Positions 27,371-37,359 of a stretch of DNA of 64,000 nt are shown here, piece by piece. Every line of letters starts with the position of its first letter. The first letter of the stretch is position 1. The stretch is from a virus, in the IMG/VR virus record IMGVR_UViG_3300025120_000020. One strand, written 5' to 3'. Made by a program: the position numbers and the translations under genes. The notes below the pieces were generated by a model that was given only the letters and a program-made list of their open reading frames with translations, had not been told where the DNA came from and searched no databases.

Positions 27371-28048
27371 TTATACTCTGGCAGGAGTCTCAATTACATT
27401 CTTATAAGCAAGATCATATAGCTTTAGCCCCAAATCTTTTCCCCAGATAGTAAACAAAGACTCTTCTAGCATTTTATTATACCTCAATGCGGCTTCTTCT
27501 TCTGTTTCAAGATTTTTTGATAAACTAAAAGCTTTCCCGCTTTGATCTATTGTATTCTTTGTATCTATCCTAGCTTTAAATTTTCCCCTATCACTTGTTA
27601 CCCCTTTATGTGGACTAAAGCCTTCTCTTTTCGGGCCTCTCTTTAAATTATTCTCTAATTGAGTAACAATCATTAGATTACTGTGATGATTATTGCTTGG
27701 GTCGCCATCAATATGATCAGGACATACTTGATTACAAATGAAAGTAAATTCTGTTGGGGTCTTTAAAATATGTCTGTCTCTGCCTACTAGTAAACCATAG
27801 TAAGATACTAAGGGAGATTTAGGTAAAAGATCATGGAATGTTTCTGCTATTAACGCATGAACTCCCATAGGTGTCATTTTAGAATTTAAATAAGGGCATA
27901 CATTTACATATCTACTAAATGACCTTGAGTTGGCCTTTAAAACCTTATCATTCTTCCTAACACTATGAACTTGTGAGGTGTTAAAATCTATTTCATAATC
28001 AGGATAAGTAACACCCTGATAAATAATTGGCCTTCTAAGTGAATTCAT
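27371..28048 (-). CDS. HNH endonuclease with an AP2-like C-terminal domain
   Basis: VHALIAETF, PDHIDGDPSNNHHSNL; HKGV...KFKARI...EEEAALRYN. Confidence 0.8.
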   Translation of the reverse strand: MNSLRRPIIYQGVTYPDYEIDFNTSQVHSVRKNDKVLKANSRSFSRYVNVCPYLNSKMTPMGVHALIAETFHDLLPKSPLVSYYGLLVGRDRHILKTPTEFTFICNQVCPDHIDGDPSNNHHSNLMIVTQLENNLKRGPKREGFSPHKGVTSDRGKFKARIDTKNTIDQSGKAFSLSKNLETEEEAALRYNKMLEESLFTIWGKDLGLKLYDLAYKNVIETPARV

Positions 28049-28051
28049 TGG

Positions 28052-28582
28052 TTATTCTGTATCTTTCAATCTGCTTATGTGCATATTATACATGTTTGCA
28101 TGAACTGTAAAGCCATTAGACGGATCTACATCTCCTTTTTTCCAGAATTTAGCCTTCTCAAAATATTCTTTTTTAGGCATAAAGCCACATAACCATATAG
28201 ATTCTACCCCGTGATAAGTAGCACTACGCCCTTTGCCCCGCTTCTCCTTAAATGTAATAGAAATAAATGCGTAAGTATCTGCCTTTTGATGCTTGCTAGT
28301 CTCAGCTATAGATACTTCATAAGAAGGTCTTGGGTCAACAGTTCTTCTTTTGGTCTTGACATCTATTTTTAAATCATTTTTTATTAGATCATAGTTGTAT
28401 TTCTCGTTACCTTCGTCACAAGAAACATTATTGCACTGCAAATCTTCAGCTAAAGCTATCTCAGCCAAGTATCCAGCCAAGTTACCACCTCCCGAAGTGA
28501 TAGAATTATTTATAGAACCTAGATTTTTTGCCTTTTTAACAGCCTCATCTATCATTGACTGATTAAATTTTAATTTTCTCAT
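28052..28582 (-). CDS. PD-(D/E)XK-like nuclease/hypothetical protein
   Basis: GYLAE...YDL...IDVKT. Confidence 0.55.
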   Translation of the reverse strand: MRKLKFNQSMIDEAVKKAKNLGSINNSITSGGGNLAGYLAEIALAEDLQCNNVSCDEGNEKYNYDLIKNDLKIDVKTKRRTVDPRPSYEVSIAETSKHQKADTYAFISITFKEKRGKGRSATYHGVESIWLCGFMPKKEYFEKAKFWKKGDVDPSNGFTVHANMYNMHISRLKDTE

Positions 28583-28585
28583 TGG

Positions 28586-29155
28586 TTACCTTTTAACCTG
28601 CTCCAAAAACTTATAATCATCTTCGTAAAAAGACTTTATAAAATCAATTTGGCTTTCAGTTGGGATGGGTTTTTCTGCACCAACGGCCTGTAAGTTTTCT
28701 AATTTTATTGGCTTGCCAAATAGTTCAATCAAGAATTCACAAACAGAGGGCATTTCATCCATGAAGAAAATTTTATCATGGTAGCTGGGATCGTGACCTA
28801 TAAAATCAACCTGTGGTCGAAAATGATGATGCATATTCTTGTTAAATCTATAGTATTTATCGTAAAATTTATCAATAAACTCATCAAGTCCTATAAAATA
28901 ATTAATGTCATAATGACGGCAAATTCTATTTGTATAGGATGATATAAACCTATCTACAGGGTCTCTTACTATGCAAAATTTTATATCTGCGTTCTTCTTC
29001 TCTTTGAATGGAAGCGTCCGACTACGATTATGAATCTTGTCTTCGTAATCAATAGTGCCTTTAATGCCCTTATGGATCATTACTTTGGTAGAAGTGCATG
29101 CACACTTTGGAGTTGGGCAATATTGTATTATTTTATTTTTTGCTTTAAAAACCAT
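28586..29155 (-). CDS. Sulfotransferase family 2 protein
   Basis: 5'-PSB PKCACTS; 3'-PB VRDPVDRFISSY; HFRPQ. Confidence 0.85.
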   Translation of the reverse strand: MVFKAKNKIIQYCPTPKCACTSTKVMIHKGIKGTIDYEDKIHNRSRTLPFKEKKNADIKFCIVRDPVDRFISSYTNRICRHYDINYFIGLDEFIDKFYDKYYRFNKNMHHHFRPQVDFIGHDPSYHDKIFFMDEMPSVCEFLIELFGKPIKLENLQAVGAEKPIPTESQIDFIKSFYEDDYKFLEQVKR

Positions 29156-29167
29156 TATCTTACATGT

Positions 29168-29824
29168 TTATTCTGGCATAATTGGGTCGGGGGGCCATAT
29201 AGCTTCTCCTGATTCATCTATAACAATAAATCCTTGATTTACTTTAAGTTCATTCCCAGTAATTTCAATTTTTCTTAGTAAATATCCGACTTCTGCATCT
29301 TCATAAATAAAATAATTGTCTCTAACTCCATAACCTGCTAAATATGAAGCGGATTTTTTAGACAAAAAATATGCTGGCCCCTCACAATACTCCCCTTCTG
29401 GCACATCAACCCTAGTATGATTTAGTTCTTCATTTTCGCATTTACCAAAATGCCAATCATCAGCACCCGCAGTTATCATCCGACCAGAATAATCATATTC
29501 TAAAGCTTCACAAACAAGTTTATTAAAATTACCAAAAAAAGAGACATCGTCATCTGTTTTTAATATTAGGTCGAACTCTTTGTTTTCAACCACCCATTTA
29601 ATAGCCATCAAGGTTTTTATAGGTAGACTTTCATAATTGTCTGGGCAAGGCAAGTAAACTATGTCATCCTTAACTAGAGGAGAAGACAGTTCAGGATCTC
29701 CCATAAAATACATATAGTCTCCTAGCATAGTAGTGTCTTGCGACAACATTTTGTGCCTATATTTCTCACAAGCTAAAATTATTGTGAATAGTCTAGTAGC
29801 TTTTTTATACAATTGTTCCCCCAT
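29168..29824 (-). CDS. GT31-like (Galactosyl_T) glycosyltransferase
   Basis: DNYESLPIKT, LKTDDD, YCEGPAYFLS, YEDAEVG. Confidence 0.8.
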   Translation of the reverse strand: MGEQLYKKATRLFTIILACEKYRHKMLSQDTTMLGDYMYFMGDPELSSPLVKDDIVYLPCPDNYESLPIKTLMAIKWVVENKEFDLILKTDDDVSFFGNFNKLVCEALEYDYSGRMITAGADDWHFGKCENEELNHTRVDVPEGEYCEGPAYFLSKKSASYLAGYGVRDNYFIYEDAEVGYLLRKIEITGNELKVNQGFIVIDESGEAIWPPDPIMPE

Positions 29825-29854
29825 ATTATCAAAATAACTAAAATACTTTAATTA

Positions 29855-30844
29855 TTAACCCTGTGAACTAGACTCAGCACTTGTCTTCCAAGGTGGCTTA
29901 GAGCTTGACTCAGAGCTGCTCGTCTCCGCGCTGGTCTCCGCGCTGGTCTCCGCGCTGGTCTCCGCACTGGTTTCCGCACTGGTTTCAGGGTTTTTCTTAA
30001 ACCAACGAGGTCGTAACTTACGAAGTGCAGCGATGAATCGAGCCATAAGTTTTTTAGCATCGAAGACTATATACGTTGAAAAATCCGCTTCAGTAACTGT
30101 ATAGTTGGTTGATACACCTGCCCGTGTGTCAGCGGTCACAATCATGGCGTTGATATCTGAAATATACTCTGCCACGGGAGTCCCACCTCCTGCCCCGCCC
30201 CATGTCCAGACAGTCACAAGTAAAGGTTTACCTTTGAATATTAAAAATGCAGGATTCCCGCTATCACCTTTGATCTTACTCTCATGAAAAATAAGTCTTT
30301 TAGGGTTTGTGGGTGTCTGCATCCTACCTCCAGAGCGCCAATCAATGATGAGGGCTTTCTCTTCTTGATCAAGACCAAGGCAAGCTATCTTACTGAAGTT
30401 ATCTAAATACTCGCTGTAATTGCTGGGCATTACAGAGCAAGGCTTTATTGTAGAGGGGAGGTCACTGTCTAAAGTGTAGATTGTTAAGTCTGGAGTGTAG
30501 TTTCTACATTCGGGATGTCGAGCCTTTCCCGTCACGGTGCGGTCATGCACTGCCCCGTTTTTCTCTACAAACCTAACCACTGTCCCTACAGAATACTCGT
30601 AGTGTGCTGCACCTATAATGTGCCTTGGGGTCACTAGTGTCCCCGCTTTCTTATGATCACCACTACTATTCCAAGGTGATAAACAGGTAATATCTAAGCC
30701 TCCACACCATAGATTGGGATTCCTGACATAAGAGGAGCTTGCATGATCTTGAGAGGCGAACACTTTACCGTTAGCCTCCATAGTCATAGACTCATCTAAA
30801 AGGTCATCAATTTGTTTGGAGCAATGAAGAGTGATAGGTTTCAT
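29855..30844 (-). CDS. Trypsin-like serine protease with an (ETSA)n tail
   Basis: GTLVTPRHIIGAAH, PDL, GDSGNP. Confidence 0.75.
   Translation of the reverse strand: MKPITLHCSKQIDDLLDESMTMEANGKVFASQDHASSSYVRNPNLWCGGLDITCLSPWNSSGDHKKAGTLVTPRHIIGAAHYEYSVGTVVRFVEKNGAVHDRTVTGKARHPECRNYTPDLTIYTLDSDLPSTIKPCSVMPSNYSEYLDNFSKIACLGLDQEEKALIIDWRSGGRMQTPTNPKRLIFHESKIKGDSGNPAFLIFKGKPLLVTVWTWGGAGGGTPVAEYISDINAMIVTADTRAGVSTNYTVTEADFSTYIVFDAKKLMARFIAALRKLRPRWFKKNPETSAETSAETSAETSAETSAETSSSESSSKPPWKTSAESSSQG
29916..29987. repeat. In-frame 12-bp tandem repeat (about 6 units, ETSA)
   Basis: GTCTCCGCGCTG-type units. Confidence 0.9.
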
Positions 30845-30885
30845 AATTTATTATATCTTTGTATTTAAATTTATCTAATTAAAAA

Positions 30886-30961
30886 TGGTGCGCTCGGTGA
30901 GATTTGAACTCACGGCCAAGGGTTTATGAGACCCCTGCTCTAACCACTGAGCTACAAGCGC
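30886..30961 (-). tRNA. tRNA with CAT anticodon (Ile2-like; Met not excluded)
   Basis: GCGCTTGTAGCTCAGTGGTTAGAGCAGGGGTCTCATAAACCCT...GCGCACCA; full cloverleaf with encoded CCA. Confidence 0.9.
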
Positions 30962-30965
30962 ATTT

Positions 30966-31544
30966 TTATTCTCCGAATTTATAATTAAAAGCCTCAATGT
31001 CTCGTGCATATAGCTCTGCAATCACCTGCTTTGCTTCGTCATTGTAATATTCGGTATAGTGTTTATGTTTGGATTTGTTTTTGTGCGGAAGTTCCTGTCT
31101 TGTAATTCTAATTTTATCACAAATAATATTAAAGTCTTCTTGTAAGTTTTCTACTTTGCCTATGAAATTACAACCTTTCGTGAAATCATACTGTGATCCA
31201 TACTTTGAAAAAAATCTGTCTTTTATAATAAATTCACTACTAATACCACCTGTAAAAAAATCTATAAAATCAAAAGTAGGGCCACCTTTTTTTTTACTTC
31301 GCTTATTCCAATATTCTACTATTGAAACCGCTCTATCAAATGGATTTCTTACGAATGCGAACTTAAAGAATGTATTAAAAATATTTTCATTTAAAATTTG
31401 TTTCCGATGCCATAAAGGAACATGGTTCCAATCGTAGTCCCATTCTTCACATAGTCTATCGCATTTAGGCAGCTTATCAAGAATGCTTGTTGATGCTGTT
31501 TTAGCGACTCTTGCAAATATAAATTTATGCTCGTAATTAATCAT
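30966..31544 (-). CDS. Sulfotransferase family 2 protein
   Basis: AKTASTS, VRNPFDRAVS, IGKVENLQEDF. Confidence 0.88.
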   Translation of the reverse strand: MINYEHKFIFARVAKTASTSILDKLPKCDRLCEEWDYDWNHVPLWHRKQILNENIFNTFFKFAFVRNPFDRAVSIVEYWNKRSKKKGGPTFDFIDFFTGGISSEFIIKDRFFSKYGSQYDFTKGCNFIGKVENLQEDFNIICDKIRITRQELPHKNKSKHKHYTEYYNDEAKQVIAELYARDIEAFNYKFGE

Positions 31545-31546
31545 AG

Positions 31547-32134
31547 TTAATGTCCGAATTCATAATCGAAAGCCTCAATATCGTCAAAATACCTATCTGT
31601 AACTAGATTTTTATTTTCATCAGTATACCACTCAGTATAATGTTCATGATTTGTCTTATTTTCATGTGGTAATTTCTTGGACTCAAAGCCTAGCTTTTGG
31701 CAAATTAAATTAAAATCTTCTTGCAAGTTCTCAAACCTGCCTATAAAATCTATATTCTTATTAAGAAAACAAAATTGCGGTTTACAGTGAATACGAGATT
31801 TATTAGATTCTAAAAAAGATTTAAAGGTAAACTTATAACCAAGCCTCTTGTAATAAAAATAAGAAGACATAATCCTATCCCAAGGGTTCCTGACGAAAGT
31901 AAATGAAAAGTATTCTTCTTGCTTTTCTAAGGGGAAATCATTTAATGACATGTGTTGCTTGTGCCGAAAGCCAATACTAAATTCAGATTTAACTTTCATT
32001 GGCAGCGCCGACAGAGGATATTTACTCGTCCAATCATGACTTACTCCATAATTAGATAAAATAAATCTCTCTATTGAAGTTCCTCCACATTTAGGTATAT
32101 GCACGAATATAAATTTATCTCTATCACTAATCAT
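31547..32134 (-). CDS. Sulfotransferase family 2 protein
   Basis: HIPKCGGTS, VRNPWDRIMSSY, IGRFENLQEDF. Confidence 0.9.
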   Translation of the reverse strand: MISDRDKFIFVHIPKCGGTSIERFILSNYGVSHDWTSKYPLSALPMKVKSEFSIGFRHKQHMSLNDFPLEKQEEYFSFTFVRNPWDRIMSSYFYYKRLGYKFTFKSFLESNKSRIHCKPQFCFLNKNIDFIGRFENLQEDFNLICQKLGFESKKLPHENKTNHEHYTEWYTDENKNLVTDRYFDDIEAFDYEFGH

Positions 32135-32326
32135 TAAATATAAATTCTTTTTACCAATGTCTAATTGTATTTGCGATAATGAAACCGCAAGTTGTAATAT
32201 GTATTAACCACCAAAAAGTTCTAATGGCTGCTGCGATATCTGCTTCTTTCCCATCGCCTGAGATTTTTTGGCCCATTGTCCTAGCCCATATTCTCCAAAT
32301 TTTTTTTTATTCATAACTTACCCAAA

Positions 32327-32530
32327 TTAATGACCTTCAATAAGATTATTAATCGTTTCAACTACTTCATTATGATGAGCGATAGTCTCTACTTTCTTTT
32401 CGATTTCTACGCCCAGATCAGGATGTTCTCCGATAGCTACTTGATTATTCAAATAGGTTTCTAGATCTGCTCTGGCGATATCTCCAAGAGCTTCGTGCTT
32501 TTTCTTAATTGCTTTTAAATGTGCATTCAT
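32327..32530 (-). CDS. Conserved small phage protein
   Basis: MNAHLKAIKK...VAIGEHPD; the ORF-track 5' extension overlaps tRNA-Glu. Confidence 0.6.
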   Translation of the reverse strand: MNAHLKAIKKKHEALGDIARADLETYLNNQVAIGEHPDLGVEIEKKVETIAHHNEVVETINNLIEGH

Positions 32531-32559
32531 ATTATTTTTTATTAGTATTTTTTTAAAGT

Positions 32560-32634
32560 TGGTAACCCGTAGGGGGATCGAACCCCTATTGCCAGAATGA
32601 AAATCTGGAGTCCTAACCATTAGACGAACGGGTC
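32560..32634 (-). tRNA. tRNA-Glu(TTC)
   Basis: GACCCGTTCGTCTAATGGTTAGGACTCCAGATTTTCATTCTGG...GGGTTACCA. Confidence 0.93.
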
Positions 32635-32639
32635 TTAAG

Positions 32640-32725
32640 TGGTAGCTCTGGAGGGGATCGAACCCTCACGATCTAGGATCAACGGATTTTAAATCCGCAG
32701 CGTCTACCAATTCCGCCACAGAGCC
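32640..32725 (-). tRNA. tRNA-Leu(TAA)
   Basis: GGCTCTGTGGCGGAATTGGTAGACGCTGCGGATTTAAAATCCG, long variable arm, CCA end. Confidence 0.93.
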
Positions 32726-32730
32726 TAAAT

Positions 32731-33150
32731 TTACTTGGCCGATACTACAATATATTCGTGATTGTCTTGATAGCTATGAGCATAAGTAACACAATCCTTG
32801 AAGTCTCCATGATAATCAATAAAGGAAGCATCGACCACAAAAAACTTACCATCTGGAAGAGAATATTTTTCTGCACCCTTTGCTAAGTGAGTCGAAGAGA
32901 TCCTCCATCTATCCCCCTCTCTCTTAACCAAACTTTTAAAACGCTTCATTTCAGAAGGATGATCGTCCTCATTGAAATGCCCAAGCATCTTCTCCAGTTG
33001 AAATTTAGTGAGAGATACACAAGCCTCAACTTTTTCTGGATAAACAATCTTTTCTTGAGTGATTGTTTTGACTTCAGGACTCCTAAAGCAACTCCAAGTT
33101 GCGAGCGCCCAAAGCGGTAGTGATGTAGCTAAGAATAATTTTGTTCTCAT
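32731..33150 (-). CDS. Hypothetical protein with an N-terminal signal/lipoprotein-like segment
   Basis: MRTKLFLATSLPLWALATWSC. Confidence 0.5.
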   Translation of the reverse strand: MRTKLFLATSLPLWALATWSCFRSPEVKTITQEKIVYPEKVEACVSLTKFQLEKMLGHFNEDDHPSEMKRFKSLVKREGDRWRISSTHLAKGAEKYSLPDGKFFVVDASFIDYHGDFKDCVTYAHSYQDNHEYIVVSAK

Positions 33151-33412
33151 TTTTTAATAATCAGTAAGGTCTTCTTCTTCTTCGTTAATCGTAATTGTTC
33201 TTGCGATTGTCTTTTCAGCGTAGCCCATAGCAACAAGCATTGGGAAAATAGCCTGTGTCATAAAGTCGGGTAGAGTCATGTCATCCATAGGATGCTCAAT
33301 CGAAACAATTGGGTTTAATAAAGTGGGATCGCCTTTTTGAAGATATTCCTCAATTTGCTTCTCGTTTGTTGGAGTATATGTTACTTTCATTTGTTTCTTT
33401 GATTTCAGGACT

Positions 33413-33661
33413 CTAAGATACAAGCTCGTCATTGTCAAGCTCTTTTGATAAAAAACATGGAGTAGAGTCACCCATCCACGCTCCTATTTGATTATAATAA
33501 AAAAACTCTTCTGCCTCGGATCTGTTCATGTCTTGGGATTTCAGTTTGCAAAGAACTTTTTCTTTGTCATAACAGAGAATCGGTTCTTGGCCAGCTCTTT
33601 CTACTACCCCGACAATACAGTCATCGTAGCCGTCCATTTTTATTAAATTTTTATCCATCAT
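33413..33661 (-). CDS. Conserved phage hypothetical protein, homolog of 57014-57295
   Basis: MDGYDDCIVGVVER...CYDKE...AEE.F.YNQIGA.MG.STPCF in both. Confidence 0.75.
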   Translation of the reverse strand: MMDKNLIKMDGYDDCIVGVVERAGQEPILCYDKEKVLCKLKSQDMNRSEAEEFFYYNQIGAWMGDSTPCFLSKELDNDELVS

Positions 33662-33666
33662 ATTAT

Positions 33667-33742
33667 TGGTGGTGCAGTGAGATTTGAACTCACACATTGA
33701 CACTCTTTGTATCGAGCCGTCTCTACATTGGACTATGCACCC
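33667..33742 (-). pseudogene. Degenerate tRNA-like element
   Basis: Acceptor GGTGCA/TGCACC-A-CCA and T-arm GTGAG-TTCAAAT-CTCAC are intact; D and anticodon arms are aberrant (8-nt loop GATACAAA). Confidence 0.6.
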
Positions 33743-34523
33743 TCTTCTATTGATTAAAACAATTAATGAGTAATATTAGCATACCAATCAGTGCGACAAA
33801 CAACCACATTGCTTCAGCATTCATTTATCCATTTCCCTCATTTGGGAATACTTCTTTCTCCGATCCGTCTTGGAACATAGCTAGCACCCTACCTTTGCAT
33901 TGAATCGCATTTTGCTTTGCCATATCCAAGCAATTGATTGAGGGGTTCACCTTCTCAAGGTCAGTTGAATACCCGCCCATCCAATCACCCTTACGACTGT
34001 AAACATTGTATGTTTTGATTTCAGACATTATGCTTCAAGCTTGATGTCAATCTTCGAAACCTCTTCTGTAGGAGCTTCGCTGCTAGCGATTACTGCACTA
34101 GGGGTAGAGTCAACCACAATGTTCAATTTCTCCAGCCAAACCCTTGATACGGGGATTGTCTGCTTTCGACCGAACAAGTCATTCAGTTGCTCTAGGTTGA
34201 TGTTCACAAATGATGTGCCACCTTTGGGTCTTCCACGTTTTGCCATAATATTAGTTGGTTTGTTTTTTTTGTTTAGGAGATTAGTATCCGCACTTCGAAA
34301 CGACTGCACTGGCTTCTCTGGAGAGAACCTCAAGAGTATCGTCATAGTCAATCACCTCTGCCTCTTTGAGAGCTTTTTCCAAGCCACCAATGAGTTCCCA
34401 AAGGTTTTCTGCTTCGATCTTGTTGCCGTTGACTTCGATGTCGATCTTAGAAAAGTCAAACTCTAGTTCGTCGTTCATGGTCGTATAATAGTAGGTTTCG
34501 GTTCTGGGTCAAGTTTTATTTCA

Positions 34524-35456
34524 TTAAATTGTTTGAGCAAGTGCCATGCCCTGTCTGGTGAGTTTTCTCTTGACATCTATCTCTAGCAAGTTCTTTCTGA
34601 CCAGAATCTGCTCGTAGTCTCTCTGGATAGCTTGCTTCTGGTAACCAGTCACAGAGCAGAGTCCATTGAGTGTCATTGCTCCCCTGTCCCTCAGAGTCTT
34701 TACGATCTGAATCTCAGAGTTTGATAAGCCCATTGGATTGACCCCCATAGCCTTACAGAACTCAGACCAGACGGTCTTTGTGAAGATTTTAAGCTTGGTA
34801 GCGGAGGCATACGTCTGAGCGTCCTGAGCCTTGACTACAGCATCTCTTGGGTTGCCCCTCAACACAGAAACGATCTCTTTCTTTGTCTCAGGGTCGATTT
34901 GAACTTTTTCTTCCAGATTAGACTCAAAGATTTTGTAAAGCTCCTCTCCAGAATAATCTTCAAAAGAAATATCTCTAAGTCGATCTCTCAGTGGCTCACA
35001 AAGCTTTTCTTGATTTGTTGTTGCCATGCAAAGTGAAAGCTTCGAAAAGTCAAAAGTGAACGTTCCCTCTTCCGTAGTAACAGTTCGAACTGGATTCTTG
35101 TCCACGTTCAGTGCTGTCAAGAAAATTTCCTGCAAGTCCTTGGGGATGTTATGTCCCTCATCAATAAAAAGAAAAGCGCTATGCTCAACCCACAATGGGT
35201 AAACCTGCTCAAAGAACGCACGAGCGTTTCTGATTGTCTTGCCGTTAATCTCAAGCATTGGAGGACGAGTGCCATCTGGACGCTCAAGAGCCTCGCGGAA
35301 CTTACGAGCAAAGAAGGTTTTACCTCCACCCTTCTGGGTAGTGAGGTTAATAAACGGCAAACGGTTTGTCGCCTTATAAGAGTCAATGAATACACTCAAA
35401 GTGCGCTTGACTGATTCTTGTCCAATGGCTCCTTCGAATATCTTGTTGATTTCCAT
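34524..35456 (-). CDS. ruvB: RuvB-like AAA+ ATPase (Holliday junction branch migration)
   Basis: IGQESVK, GGGKT, FIDEGH, ATT...PLRDR, RGNPRDA, C-terminal winged helix ending RKLT. Confidence 0.8.
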   Translation of the reverse strand: MEINKIFEGAIGQESVKRTLSVFIDSYKATNRLPFINLTTQKGGGKTFFARKFREALERPDGTRPPMLEINGKTIRNARAFFEQVYPLWVEHSAFLFIDEGHNIPKDLQEIFLTALNVDKNPVRTVTTEEGTFTFDFSKLSLCMATTNQEKLCEPLRDRLRDISFEDYSGEELYKIFESNLEEKVQIDPETKKEIVSVLRGNPRDAVVKAQDAQTYASATKLKIFTKTVWSEFCKAMGVNPMGLSNSEIQIVKTLRDRGAMTLNGLCSVTGYQKQAIQRDYEQILVRKNLLEIDVKRKLTRQGMALAQTI

Positions 35457-35508
35457 GTCCGAAGAATAACAGTATTCTCGGGTAGATCAACACTTTTTTG
35501 ATTAAAAA

Positions 35509-35802
35509 TTACTTTTTTCTTAACCCACTGTTATTCAATGCCCAAGGGATCACTAAATTCTCAACACACCTTACATAAGCCTCTTCGTCGTTCAATTCCA
35601 TGAAGGCTATGCCTGTCATCTCAAAAATCATGTGCGTTACTTCGTGAACCAAGGTCCACCAGTGCTGCTCTGGATCTTTTAGGCATTTTTTATTCAATTT
35701 AATTACCTTATCATCCATCAAACATTCTCCCCAATCTTCCATTTCCTCGTAAATAATTTTTATTTTTTTATCTAAAACCTCGACGGAAGAAAGCTTTTTC
35801 AT
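35509..35802 (-). CDS. Small HExxH metallopeptidase-like protein, homolog of 47412-47708
   Basis: TLVHEVTH...EEAYVRCVE. Confidence 0.65.
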   Translation of the reverse strand: MKKLSSVEVLDKKIKIIYEEMEDWGECLMDDKVIKLNKKCLKDPEQHWWTLVHEVTHMIFEMTGIAFMELNDEEAYVRCVENLVIPWALNNSGLRKK

Positions 35803-36111
35803 CTTAAATAATTACACTTTGATCTTGACTAAGCGGATAAAACATTGAGAATATTTTTAATGACCTCAGAAGAGAAATTAAAAATATTAGATCAAGCTAG
35901 GGCAAAAATGAGCGAATTAAAAGAAGCTCAAGCTAATCTCTATGCAGAAACCAGAGAAAAATTAGGATTAACCGAGAGGTATGATCGTAATCTCTGGGAC
36001 TTTCTTGTGGTTGGATTACAATTTCCTAGACGCGAGCTTGAAGTAGCCTTGCACACAAATGAAGGAAAAGATGCTTGACTTCAATTTTTAAGTGTTTAAA
36101 TTGGCCCAGAC

Positions 36112-36609
36112 ATGAATATATTCTGTTTAGACGAAGACCCCGAAATTGCTGCTCGCCAGCATTGCGACAAACATTGTGTCAAGATGATTCTTGAATGCAA
36201 TCAACTTCTCTGCACGACATTCTGGATGCAGGATCTTGAAGCCCCATACAAGAAGACTCATTACAATCATCCCTCTGCAATCTGGGCTAGAGAGTCCCGT
36301 GGTAACTTTGAGTGGCTTGTTCAGCATGCAGCAGCTTTACTTCACGAATATACTAGAAGGTATGGCAAGCGTCACAAAAGCACAGATACTTTTATTTGGA
36401 TTCTGGAGAACAAACATCGCTTACACTTCGATGAGCAAGAGCAAACAGAATTTGCTGTAGCAATTGCTCAAGACCAGAGATGCAGACAGCTACCAAACTT
36501 CGAAACTCTTTCTGTTGTGGAAAAGTATCGTGAGTATTACAATCATGATAAATCCTATATGGCTAAATGGCAACACAGCGAAACACCAAAGTGGTATACC
36601 GTAAAATAA
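36112..36609 (+). CDS. Pyrimidine-dimer DNA glycosylase (DenV/Pyr_excise-like)
   Basis: MNIFCLD...DKHCVKMILE, HYNHPSAIWAR, YREYY. Confidence 0.8.
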   Translation: MNIFCLDEDPEIAARQHCDKHCVKMILECNQLLCTTFWMQDLEAPYKKTHYNHPSAIWARESRGNFEWLVQHAAALLHEYTRRYGKRHKSTDTFIWILENKHRLHFDEQEQTEFAVAIAQDQRCRQLPNFETLSVVEKYREYYNHDKSYMAKWQHSETPKWYTVK

Positions 36610-36948
36610 AAAAAATAATATTTGGACCCACATTTTTTTCTTTAGTTATTGGATATGCTATTGGAATTTGGGTTTCAGTCCTATTAATATTAATAAAAGA
36701 ATACTTTAATTTATGAGACAAGCATTTCAAAACTTAGTTCTGATCATTTCATCAATTATAATTGGAGCAACTCTTGGGGTTGTAGTCGGATTGATTTGTT
36801 GGTTTAGATTCCCATTTCAAATCTATACTCAAGCAAAAATCAATTTAGCTGAAAATAGAATCCGCAAAGCAAGAGAACAACTAAAAGAATACGGCAAAGA
36901 AGATATTTGGGAGAAACACCTACAAAGAATGGAAGAAAAAAAAGAATT

Positions 36949-37290
36949 ATGACAACTGAAGAACTATTAAAACTGCACAAAGATACCTGCGACACTTGCA
37001 GGGATATTATGAAGCAAAAAAATAACGATTATACTGGAGGGAAAACTTCAAAAGACCCCTTCGCTAATTTTAACGCTGCATCTGTTCTGGGTATTGATCC
37101 AGTGCAAGGCTTACTACTTAGAGTAATCGATAAGATTCAAAGGATTAGGTCTTTTACAAATGACAAGGAGTTGAAGGTATCAAATGAGAGTGTCGAAGAT
37201 GCTTGCGATGATATTGTTAATTATGCAATTTTAGCAAAGGCAATGCTTATGGAACAAAGAAGTCGTATAAGCTACCCAGAAATTGAGTAA
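36949..37290 (+). CDS. Nucleotide-modification-associated/DUF1599-like helical protein
   Basis: KNNDY...DPFANF...DKIQRI...ESVEDACDDIVNY. Confidence 0.65.
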   Translation: MTTEELLKLHKDTCDTCRDIMKQKNNDYTGGKTSKDPFANFNAASVLGIDPVQGLLLRVIDKIQRIRSFTNDKELKVSNESVEDACDDIVNYAILAKAMLMEQRSRISYPEIE

Positions 37291-37316
37291 AAACGATTAA
37301 AAATTCACCACTTATA

Positions 37317-37345
37317 AACCCACTCCTACGGGAGTGGGTTTTTTT
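37317..37345 (+). terminator. Intrinsic terminator
   Basis: AACCCACTCC-TACG-GGAGTGGGTT followed by a T tract. Confidence 0.85.
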
Positions 37346-37359
37346 GTGTAACATAAGAT

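Noticed and set aside
32151-32314. Small membrane ORF (…IWRIWARTMGQK…) out of frame with its ATG at an A9 tract, possibly phase-variable
   Set aside because: A homopolymer sequencing error or a downstream start cannot be excluded without reads.
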